Part shown: positions 28,958-41,000 of the stretch, one piece after another
Layout of the letters: every line of letters starts with the position of its first letter
Numbering within the stretch: position 1 is the stretch's first letter
NCBI GenBank assembly: GCA_002633005.1
Contig: NMRA01000035.1
Coordinates: 1,431,214 to 1,495,213, forward strand
Direction of reading: 5' to 3'
Origin: Phoronis australis
Lineage: Eukaryota > Animalia > Phoronida
Length of the DNA stretch: 64,000 bases
Program-made: the position numbers and the translations under genes
The notes under the pieces: generated by a model
The model's input: the letters and a program-made list of their open reading frames with translations, nothing else
The model's database searches: none
What the model was told of the DNA's origin: nothing

Positions 28958-29244
28958 TTTCCGTCTTTCTTGCTCCTGAAATATAATGCAACCTCTGACA
29001 GAAATAAAGTACAACAGGTTCAGTGTACTCAGCGTTGCATAGTTAACGGTAATCCCCAGTTTATTGACACCACACAGCGTGACGCGATGAGTCATACATT
29101 TCACCTCAATGACACAAAAACGCCGGTAAGGCGGCAAGTCAACCGGTAAAAATTGCCAATACGAGAAAATGGAAGTACCAACTATTGAATTCAACAAAGT
29201 TAATCTAAGAAGAAGTTTAAAACGTGTTGAACGACTTGGCATAC

Positions 29245-29400
29245 CTTTGCACTCTATATCAATCCAGGGCGTACGAAATTTTAAATGACAAATCCTGTAA
29301 CATGAAACGGCTGCCCTCCGCCTTGCAAGCAATTCGAAATGGCGCCGAAGTTTATTAGCCAATTCGTGACGTACTCTATAGGTATTCATCCGCGTCTAGA
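29245..29400 (-). promoter_or_regulatory. Candidate Lgl promoter / non-coding first exon
   Basis: CpG-rich patch; donor-like AAG|gtatgc at 29245/29244; YY1-like AAATGGCG (29337-44) and TGACGT half-CRE. The ATG exon has an acceptor, so an upstream exon is expected. Confidence 0.4.
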
Positions 29401-29826
29401 CAAGTGCTTGTAGTAATATGGAAAATTAAGGGGTTGTTTTTTATTGCTTCAATTTTTTTCTGAATTGAAAATTTATATTTTTTGCACCATTAATAAAAAC
29501 CTGAACTTTTTAAGAGTCTCAATAATAAGTATCTGTATCCAAGTTTAAGGACTATTTTCACGTAAACCCGGAAACGCAGTACCTTTTTGAAAACCTCACG
29601 ATTGTGCTCAGTCTAAATCTGGCTTCACGTTTGGGACACATTAAATTGATTTTTATGTCACGATGAAATAATCTTCATGTAAATCAAAAGAGCCAATGCT
29701 ACATCTTGTTTTAAGCCTCATTAAATCAACAACAACAAGCACTCACGAAACTTTGACAGTACTGACACCTATCGACAATAATCCATTCTTCGCAGTCCCC
29801 CTGATCCCAATGGGATCCCAATACAA

Positions 29827-30010
29827 TACATGAAACTGTTCCACAGGGATTCAACTAAGTTCACTAAATCTACTGCGTATTTGTGGACTTGATGTGTTTT
29901 CTTATGTTGTTTTAATATCAATGCTCAGTCATATCTGGCTTTAATACAAATCGAGTGTGAACTCTACGTTGAATTCTCAATATTAGATCGAAGATAAGTA
30001 GGGATCTAGT
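29827..30010. mobile_element. Degraded fragment of the 13486-13934 MITE family
   Basis: Shares CTAAATCTA..GCGTATTTGTGGACTTG and TACAAATC..TGTGA.CTCT with the reverse complement of 13735-13930. Confidence 0.6.
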
Positions 30011-33000
30011 GAAAAAGTATCACAGCAAAAAATTTACATGAAAAGAAAATTTACTCTACACAGTAGATGTATAAGAACAAAAGGTGGTTACTGAACATTA
30101 AAGTTTATCTCACAGACGCATATTCTCTTTCCCGTACCACTTGTCACGTCTCGCACACATATTTATCTCAGTCGCAAAGACGGATCAACCCTCCTGCCGC
30201 ACATTATTCCGCTGCCGCTATTTACCCTCGCAAGCCGTTCCATTCTCCCGGGACACTTCGCGTAACCGGATATAAATTCTTTATGCACAAATCAACTGTC
30301 AACGTATCCTGTCAATTTTCGATTATTCGTGGCAGAAACATTTCACAACTTCCACGATGATTTCGCCGCTGCTGCGTTTAGCTGTCGCCGTAAACGATGA
30401 ATTATTAACCAAAAAAGTTGGGATTTGAAAACAAGGCCACTGCCGCCTAATCCTGAATTGTTGCAACCGAGACGGCAACTCGAATCAAAGGCAATGTATA
30501 CCTAGTACGGCATTTCAGAAATCTCAGTTTCCGGGTTGGCCAACCCGAATGAATTTTTACGCATTTTCCTGAATCGCTGTTGGTTTCAATGTTCTTCCTG
30601 GAAATAAAAATCAACTGTCACGCTAAGGACTATTATGAGACCGTTTTATGAGCTTAAATGGCTTAAGTCATTTTTCGTTTTTTTTTGGCAGGAGACGCAG
30701 TTTAGCAGGTATAAACCCGCCTTGATGATCACAAAAACCAAAGCTTTTGATTAGGACTACAAACCGTTATGAAACAGGCCTCAAATTGTTCTAAGTCAAA
30801 TTGGTGACGATTTCACGATTTCGAAAGAATTGGCAGTTCGCTATTGTTTAGTTCAGGTCCTAAAAGTTGGGTTGTGTCACGGCGCATTTATTCGCCGACC
30901 ATGGTTTCAAGGAAAAAACGAGTTAAGGATCCAGTATAATGTAAACTCACTTTACGCTAAACATTAGGGGTAGTTCGGGAAAACTCGGACGGCGGTAAAA
31001 CTTGGACAAGTCTAAATAAACGTAAAGTATAATAACAATCAGGATGCCTTACCACCAAATGAAAAGATTATTCACTTCTTTGAACAATAGTAGGAATTTA
31101 TTTATCACCTCACTTGAATTACAACAAAGTTTCAACACATATGACGCATGTTCAGCACCTTTCGTTGAACTCGAGTGGAATATTGATAAAATATCCGATT
31201 GTTTTTTGCAACGAAAGAGTGGAAAACATTCACTGCACAGTGAAAGAAAGGCAAATTTTAGTTTAGTTTAGGATATCATAAACAATTTATTAATAATGAA
31301 ACAGCAACGACAAATAGCATAGCCCCTCGATCAGTGAATGGGAAAGCAGCACACAAGGCAAGGGAGGAGTGTTGAACTGTTCCCAAGTCAAGAAACATCT
31401 CCACAAGACAGAAAAAATAGTCCGCGAGAGGGGAATAGCGTGCACTAGAGGAGAATTTTGTGTGCTGACAAGCCTGAGCCGCGCACAAGCAAATATATGA
31501 GGAAAATCTATGTCGGTGCTTTTTGATAACCTCAGTTAACCACGTTGAATCAATGAGATAAATAGGATGTAACTAAGAACACCTATTCACTGTATCTCAA
31601 AATGAATATTATGGCTCTGGGTGGGCGATCTTTCTCTACAATTTTCGTGTAACTTGCCTAGTGCAGGCATGCGCTACGTTAACCACCTGAGACCGTCGGT
31701 TTTTTTTTTAGGATTGACAAAGTACAGTGCATTATTTTATTTTAGAGAGCTGGATGGCGTGGGAAAATTGTTGCTGGCATCTGCCAATAGGCCTAAACGA
31801 CTTAGTGTTCTTTTAAAAGGACGAAGAGAGGCTATCGACACCTCACTGCAAAGGACCGAGTTAGGACCTACATGTATCCTTGCGCAACCCTTTGCTACAC
31901 GAAAGTACATATGCAGGTCAGTCATCGAAAGACAACTATGAGCTTTCGCGCTCTAAAAGCATTCGTGATATAAATGGATTCCTACCCATAGTGAAGTTTG
32001 AGGATGTCCTGCATCAGGGAATCTATCAGGAAACTTATATATAACGAGATGGATCATAGCACTCGGCACCGTGAACAAAAGTAGACAAGTTAAAAAAGCA
32101 ATGCAGTGTCTTAACCTGACCTAAGCTGAGACATAAATGGGAATAATTATGAAGTTTTACATTTTTTTTCTAATTCGTGAATTGAACACCTATCCGTTCG
32201 GACGGCTGCAAGTTATTTGCCCGGCTCCGGTCAGCAACTCAAGTCATCCAGTTAGAATAGCGTTTCTGCGGATATGGATACTAAAAAGTGGTGAAACTAG
32301 TGCACAACAGCAGAATTCATATTAACCGCCCACCCACATAATCATTGCTAATAAGGCAGGTTTACTCTGTTGTCGAACATTACCGTTTCTTTCCGGACCC
32401 CGAAAAACTCATTTTTGGAAATCACTGCTGAATAGCATAAACGTGGCGGTCGGCCCACCCTCACTTATTTTAATGGTGCGCAGCCCATGTGATACTTTTT
32501 GAAGTTTAAGCTTAACCTGGGATATCAGTGAAAGCGATAAATTACGTTTTTCTTTTTAACGTTCATTCAAAACACCAATTCCCGTCGGATGTCTGACGAA
32601 ATCAATGCCAGTAACTTCACAAGTTATCGCCAAGTAGCTTGTCGGTCAAATAGAGCGTTTGACACGGAAGGGGAAAAATCCAAGTTCTCCGCGCTGGAAC
32701 GATTTAAGATAATCATTTTTCTTGCAAAATAATGTCACTTCAATATGTCAATGTTTACCCTTCCAAATTCATGGTAAGATCTTTGGGGTGGTCTACAACA
32801 AAGCGCCAGTGGGCATTCAGCGAAAGCCAGGCAATACTCAGGTTTATTATGCAGTTAAAAGCTGGAGGAAAAAGCTCACTTCTAAAACACCTATTTGGAC
32901 GCGCAATCACCTTCGATTGGGCAGACAACGCAGTATTTGCTTCAGGGAAAACGATCGGATTATATGAATCCCCGTTATCATCTAGTAGAACCAGTGCTAT

Positions 33001-34293
33001 TAATCATATATTGCTTCCTGGATATCATATTGCTTGAAAAATGAATTTCAGGGAACAAGAAACTGGACTTCTTGCATATTGGAGTGCCCCTAATACCAAA
33101 GGCCTTATATACTTTTCACTACTTTTACGCCTTTTTGTTTATAATGCGACTTTCAGATGCAAACATCTGCAATTTCTCAACCAGAATCTAGAGAGGGGTC
33201 CTTTCCATCTAAATACTGCACCGTTATCATCTTGGCTAGTGATGCTTCCCGATGTTATTATGAGTCAGAAAATATTAAAATAGTTAAACTTGCCCAGCTT
33301 GCACAACTTTAATAGACATATAACACACAATTATAAATATTAAAATGATTTGTATTTTTCTGTGCGGTTGAACATTTAATAGTCACATTTAATGATAAAC
33401 AACATTGGTGTTGAATTCTGTGCCCCTACCCATATATGCAACCCAAATGGGCAGGTTGTTAGAGGTAATTAACTGCCAAGTATCCAAAGGACAGGCTACA
33501 TTCAAAAACGACCAATAGACATTTTCAAATGGCAACACCAAATCTCTGCCAAATGGTCTTAATGAGACAAATGTCACATAAGTCCAATACACATTGCCTT
33601 ATAGGTGTCCATATGATTTTCAGTAGGGGTGCTGTTTCCTACAACATGCTGATGTTTTGTATTGAACCTATTGACAAGTCTAGCTATTCCCCCTGGATCT
33701 TAATCACAACAAAGACATTGAGCTCAAAGCGATAAAAACCCGCATTTCATCACGAAAACAAAACTTTTGCCTAAAACCACAAAACTTGTTTTCAAATTGT
33801 TCCTCAGTTAAATTTGAGGTGATTTCAGGACAGCTTCAAAGAAGAATCAGTTCCTTATTGTTAGAGACCCGATGCTCTACAAATTTGTTTGTCACAGCAG
33901 ATCATTTTACGTACAGAGCATGGTCTGAAGGCATAGCGGCCTGTCAAGTTCTTTGCAAGCTCCAGAAGTTACCACATCTGAGTACAGGACAAGTTGAGAC
34001 CAACTTTATAGTGGTATGTGGTATAAATCAAGGTTCTATTCTTCGATGAAACGCGGGTTTATAACTGCTTTAACAAAACACAGAACGTGTAATGAAAATT
34101 GCCACAACAGTAAAGTAATTGCATGCCACCTGACAAATGTCATAAGGTAATGTACATTCATAATGAAAAAATTCTCGTACTTTAAAACCCTTTCGCTTGG
34201 ATTATCATTTGAATCGCAAAGAAAATGAGCATCAGAATGAATCCGTAAATACAGAGATTCCTAATAAAGCTATAAAAAATCTTGTGTTGTTAA

Positions 34294-34864
34294 GGGCTGT
34301 TCCAGTAAAATCTGTATGGGAAGGGGGGAAGGCACTTTTTTTTGCACCCACCACCCATATTTTTCATTTATTTCTTCAGCCCACCACCTGTAATTTTTTA
34401 TAAGTTTGAAATGCAATCACACATAATTTTTTTTGTTGTTCTTGTGGTTGACTGCACAGACACTTGAGTTTATCTGTTCCTCGATAACCACTGACGTTAT
34501 TCATTACTAAGAAAACATGTGCTTCTTATATATGGTTATTAGCCATCGAGAAATTCGAGTGCCTGTGGTCGACTGGTGTTATGGGCATGCCAATGGGGAG
34601 ATCGGAGGGAGTGAAAAAGACGGGAGCTTTTTGCAAGTTGCGTTTTTGTTTTAGTTGTTGATTCTGTGCGGATTGTTTATAAAACTTACTGAAATTACCC
34701 ACCATCAAACATTTATGGCACAATGAAACAACAATGACCTGTAAATTATAATTTTTTTGAAGTACGACCACCAGCCATTTTAAATCTAAATCAAACACAA
34801 CCACCCATAATTTTTTATTACAACTGCCTTCCCCCCTCCCACACAGATTTTACTGGAACAGTCC
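34294..34864. mobile_element. 571-bp PIF/Harbinger (Tourist-like) MITE, copy 1
   Basis: TIR GGGCTGTTCCAGTAAAATCTGT(A/G)TGGG; TAA TSD on both sides. Confidence 0.92.
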
Positions 34865-34980
34865 TAAATAAAACAGCAGAAAAAGGTTTGTAATGACTGA
34901 AAATAAAGGCAAAAGTCATTATGATATTTAGCAAGATATTGGCCACAATGGGACTAGAAGAGCTTTACAGTGCTTGTGCT

Positions 34981-35017
34981 TTACTCAGGAAGAGGCTTTT
35001 TGTCAGGTGGAATGAAC
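34981..35017 (-). CDS. Flavin reductase fusion exon 8 (FIPPDKKPLPE*)
   Basis: Strong pyrimidine tract plus cag; phase 2; ends TAA. Confidence 0.85.
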
Positions 35018-38000
35018 CTGAAAAGAAAGAAGAAAATAACCAATGAAATTAATTTTTATTTACCAAAAAAGTTTTTAATAGCAGAAACCATGAATCAACC
35101 AGACCAGATTTGTTGAGTTTGCCATTTTTCATTGAGAATGAGATTTCGATAACTAAAGGTAAAAACCCTTTCACACCATGGACTAACATTCTTTGTCGAC
35201 CACAACAATTTTAGATCCAATGTGAAAGATGATTTAGACTGGTCTAAATATCAGATGGTATGTAAATTAGTATGCTCAAAAAGACCGAATTAATGAGCAA
35301 AATTCTCGACAATGTGCTCACACCTGTACAACTTATAGGTAAACATGTCTCAAAGCAACAAATCTAACAAGAATAGATTGAAGTAGTAACTGGTTACCAG
35401 AGGTTCTGATCAATTTGTGTCCACTTTATACAACTTATGAGATTTCCATGAAAATCATATCAGTCCTATTTTTTTTAATAACCTCTCATGCAAAAGTGGA
35501 ACATTTTAAAAATAACTCCTAATAGCATTTTGGAGAAAGCTGCAAAAAGTATAGTATCTGAAGTTTCATATGAATGCAAACAGCCATATCTGAGATTTGA
35601 TGATCCGAAATTAAGCCAAATTTGGAATTTTTCTAGGCTTAAGGGTCCTTCATAACCATAAGGTCATTTTTGTCATTCAGTTGAGTTAGGCCGGAAGTCA
35701 GCAGCTTGTTTTGTTCTGGTACAACTGGAAGGGATTGGGAACACATTGCACTTTAATTAACAAGTTTGTGCATCCCATAAATTTTGCATCTGTCACAGGA
35801 TATCTGCGGCACTGTGGAAAAATGCTTTTGGATTTAAACCCTGGGTGATAGGAGACTGACAAACACAAAATTACCTCTCTCTTGACTCAGGTAACTGTAT
35901 TAGATCCTCGGTGTAATACTGAAATATGAGGCGGCGGTCAAGAAGGTGGGGGTTGCGAGTTAGGAAGTCGTGAAACGATCGCTCATGATCGCCATTTATC
36001 TTCAGTGCATGGCTGATGATGTTTATGTAGAACTCAGTCACGGTCTCGCTGTAACCATGTGCTACCTAAAATGGAAAATGATGTGTTTTGTTGCACAAAG
36101 CAGTTAAAGAAAACAACCAATGTTTCACAAAAAAACTCCACCTTTATGCTGGATGACGATTAAAATTCCACTTTTCACAGCTGTACATCTTAGTTGTGGA
36201 AAATGGAATGTTGTAATTGTGACTAACCAAAGAATTTCTTGTGGATGTGGATTGTACTGTTTTTTTTTTATTTTCACAAAATGATTTCAGTCAAATCAAT
36301 ATTTTACCAACTTTGAACAGTATTTAACATTTTGGTCATCTCTGATTGTCAGAGAAAAGATGGCCCTATATCTGAAGAAACCACATGGCCTCAACAAGTC
36401 CCTTGATAAGACCCATCGAATACAAAGTTTAATTATATTCGAGGTCATTGTGCTTTCAAATCCTCCACAAAATGCTTGAAGGGCATGGGCGAATATAACC
36501 TGTTTTACGGTTATGAAAACATAGTGACTATCATATCGTCAGTGGCAAAACTAGTCACTGGTAGATGATAGCTTTACAGCCTTTCAAATAATTTTGTCTA
36601 ATGAGAATACCGAAATATCTAATGCCGGTTTAAGGAGTGAGTGTAAACTAAAAGGAAGTTGTACCATGTTCGGACAGACAAGCCTCTCCAGTTCATTAGG
36701 TAACCTTGGTGCAAAGCTGTGTGCTAAATAATATATTTTTTGACGATAGTCTTCACACAGCTGGCTATTCATTAGGGTACATCTCACATTGAGCATTCAT
36801 AAAGTCACAACCGACTAATAAATTAGGAAAAAAAATTACCAAGAACAAAACAAACAAATGTCAATGGAAAAAAGATAAATTCAACGTAATCAAACACAAG
36901 CATCGATTCAGGAACACTTAACACAAAACTGCCATAGTTACCCTGTAAGAGCAACAAATCTAAAAAGAATTTCAAATGCATTGACCAACAAATACAGAAA
37001 AAAAAACTTAAAACAACTATCAACTCGCCTTCCGTCACAAAAACGACTTTTGAATTAAATAATTTACTGTAACAGTTATGAAATTGGTCTAATACTGGAG
37101 GTGAAAGAGCCCACAATTCATTATCATTAGAGATCTGGGTCTAAAAGTTGTCTTACCGTGTATGTTTTATACCTTGTTTTAATGAATAATGTGCATTTGG
37201 AGCTTCTTTTCAAACTCAGAAATCCCTTCTCACTCAATTATAGAACAAGTTGAGATCACATACATAGCGCTAATGGTCTAAATCAAAACTTCACCTCTTG
37301 GAGAGAATGAAGGTTTAAATCTGCTTTAGGGCTGTTCCAGTAAAATCTGTATGGGAGGGGGGGGGGAAGGCACCTTTTTTTCGCACCCACCACCCATATT
37401 TTTCATTTATTTCTTCAGCCTACCACCCGTAATTTTTTATAAGTTTGAAATGCAACCACCCGTAATTTTTTTTGTTCTTATGGTTGACTGCACAGGCGCT
37501 TGAGTTTATCTGTTCCTCCATCACCACTAACGTCATTCATTACTAAGAAAACACATGTTTCTTATATATGGTTATTAGCCATCGAGAAATTCGAGCACCT
37601 GTGGTTAAATGGTGTTATGGGCATGCCGATGAGGAGATCGGAGGGAGTGAAAAAGTCGGAGCTCTTTGCAAGTTGCATTTTTGTTTCAGTTTTTGATTCT
37701 GTGCAGATTGTTTATAAAATTTACTAAAATTACCCACCATCAAACATTTATGGCCCAATGAAACAACAACGACCTGTAAATTTTAATTTTTTTGAAGTAC
37801 GACCACCAGCCATTTTGAATTTAAATCAAACGCAACCACCCATAAATTTTTATTTCAGTTGCCTTCCCCCCTCCCACACAGATTTTGCTGGAACAGCCCT
37901 TAACAATTCAGTCTATCTGCACACTGCAGCAAGACAAATAAAGAAATTGTTTTTCACATAAGATATTAAACTATAAATAACATTGTGTAATTTTTCAGTT

Positions 38001-41000
38001 ATTTCATTGCCTGATTAATACAAAATATGGATTAATGACATTTTTTGCACCACTGATAGAGTGCAACCAGCAGTACGAGTCATGGGTACCAGCAAAATAC
38101 ATATACATTTCAGTTAGCCTAATGGAACGACCTGTCACCTCTGGAGGGATAGACAGTTATACATTACCGAATTTAATTATTTCTGACACCCTCTTGAGCA
38201 ACATATAATTTGGTAGTCAGGGGAGTTGCAAGAAAATTCCACCTTCATCAAAAAACACCAACTGTATTGCCATACCAATAGGATCATGAGCATCTGTGGG
38301 CATCTGTGGGCATCTGTGCACAACTGTGCTTATTTACAAAACTTAGGTGCATTTTCCAATATGAGAACCACTTGGGTAAAAAACACTGTGACAAAGGTAT
38401 TATTTCGGATATAGGGCAATGGGTTTAAAAGCGCGGCAGCACGGTAATACAAAACTATTTACTACATTTCTTGAAAATATGCCAAGGAATTCCAAAGAGG
38501 CAAGTGTGAAAAATGCCATTAGGAGACACAGCAGTAGTCAAAATGGGTGTGCCTACATGTAAACTAATGTATGGGAATATGAAGGGGATATTAAGTGGGC
38601 ATGGGCCTATATACAAACCACTTGGGTAAAAAAGGCCGCTAAACGATATAGGCCCATAGGCCTAAAGGTGCAGCAATACAGTATGAAGTATGCCAGAGAG
38701 ATGCCATGTCAACGACCCCGTCAAGGATAAAATGAAAACTCTGTCAGGACTCTGCTATGAATAGTAGATGGACCCTGCCAGGTGCGTCGACAACCATGTT
38801 CTCCCTAGGGGCACCACCGAGTTCTCCCCAAGGGTACCACTGAGATCTCCCCAGGGGCATCACCGAGTTCTCCCTAAGGGCATCACTGAGTTCTCACCAA
38901 GTGCTCATTGGTTATGTTGTATTTCTTGATACCCGACTTGATCATGGGTGTGGCAACAGCCTGGCCGTGCTCCCGAATATAGTTCCAGGCCATCCTGATG
39001 TGCGCTTCGTGAGTCCACTGGTCAAATGGAAATGTGGTGTCTTCGAATGCCTGCATGAACATCTCGTCACCAACTGCCCTGTAGGATCTGAATGGGAAAC
39101 GCCGTATATACTAGCAGAAGTAACACACACATCACAGTACATAAATATCTTGTGATCGATGGCTCGGCTGTAATACACCAACGTGTAACTATGCTAAACA
39201 GGGTGCATTGAACAATGGATGAAACTGCTATTCAGTTTACGCAAAAAAAAAAACGTATAAAGCTCACAAGCAATGCACAGAAAAGTGTGCTGACATCCAA
39301 GATTTGTGAATCATTCCAGTCGATACGACAAGCGCACTCATGGAGAGTTCATGAGCTGTAGTACGTGAGCAGTATCACACGAGTCAGTAGTACAGTTTTT
39401 AGGCCAGGCTATAAATTACTAAACACGAGAAAGTCAAATAACAGTACAGTTGGGTATCGATGTGAGCACAAGCCAACATGGGTTTAAAAAGCTAACAGTG
39501 CTCTACAGAGCCTGTGTGTTGTGTTTGTGTCATTTGATGCAATTTAGCTCCAAATGACAAGTGCTGAGTTTTGATAAACTGTAAAGAATTATCATGGAGA
39601 TTGTCATAACTTCTTCCAGAAAAAATCTGTATGAACCTTGCAAATTCTCTTTCTTTGTTCTCTTAGTTACAAATGGATTTCTGGAATTTCCTCCCAAGGC
39701 TTTAGCCTATCAGTTAAAAATCAATATTTCCCGACTGTTTGTGACCTACTCTGAGAGGTGTTTGAGTTTGATAAACCCAAAGCAATTCATCGAACTAAAA
39801 CGCCTTGGCAGGAATTCCTAGTAAGCAACTGAAGTTACACATTGATAATTTAGGTAGCATAGCAAATTTTTCAATGTGGATAGTTTGGATTTTATTGTTA
39901 TTATGTGAGCAGTGTGTATTGTGAGAACAACACTGAACATATCTTCAGTTATGGCTGCTGAGTTCCAGAAATTTCCGTATTCAATTACTCGTTTTGGCAA
40001 AATCAAGCTTGATCTCTTGACTTTTGATCGTAAGTGATTACTTTGGGATTCTAATCGATCATCGTACCATCACTACAGATGAGCACAGACAAGAAAGTAT
40101 CAACAAACAGTGCTACAGGAATCTACTAATCATGCTCCCTGCCACACTAAACCATGTATTCTCTTTGTATCTCGTTTATTGACTCTTCTTCCTACCTGCT
40201 GTAGTACAACAGAGGGTGCTGATGGTTGTCATCAGAGTCAGCACCTAGCACCTGTCCGTACCAGACAAAGTGGTCGCCGATGGGGTGGACCTCTAAAGCT
40301 TTGCACATGATCACAGCAGTAGTGTCTTCTAATATGGGGAGATTCTGAAAAGACAGACTGACCTTATCGACCTTCTTCACGCAGTCGCCATTTTATTGGT
40401 GAGCCTCTTTTTGGGTTTAAAAACAATGCATTTGAGACGTAAATACAACGAGGCACGCGAAAAAAAATCACACTTTGCGCTGTCATTAAGCGCAGAATGT
40501 TTTTAAAACCTAAGAAGAGGCTCACTTTTAAAATGGCGACTGCGTAAATAACGTGTATACAGCCTTCCTATAGTAGAGGACAGCAAATCTGTCATGTGAA
40601 ATTTCACACAAGACCAAACGTCTCATCAACTGTCGACTGGTCAGCTCTCAAGTCAGCCAACTGATCTGCACTCTCACTGTGAGAATGCTACATTCCAAGA
40701 ACACGGCTGAGGTTAGGTTCTGTTCATGCAAGGTGACCACACCTTTGATTGGCCAGAATTCTGAATTTGGCATGAGACTGTAACGCAAAGAGCAGCGGTA
40801 GACTAGTCCCAAGATGGCAGATATGACGGACACCTTGGTGAATGCTCTTTGTAGGCAGTTGAACTGCCAACCAGATAACATGCCCTACAGTAAAAAAACT
40901 CCAGCTTGGGACAGTCTCTGACAAATGGGACAATAAAATTCAAGCCAAACTGAATTTTCGTGATTCTGAAAATTGGGGCATTGGTAATTTTGGCGCAAAT

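Noticed and set aside
28793-29389. 198-aa ORF as a single-exon gene
   Set aside because: Only 28957-28868 is Lgl-like and it is bounded by splice sites; the rest is intron/UTR read-through.
31621-33283. Cluster of 80-106 aa plus-strand ORFs
   Set aside because: No recognisable domain or consistent splice structure.
38798-38897. CRISPR-like array (also considered for 60195-61180)
   Set aside because: Eukaryotic context, no unique spacers, no cas genes.
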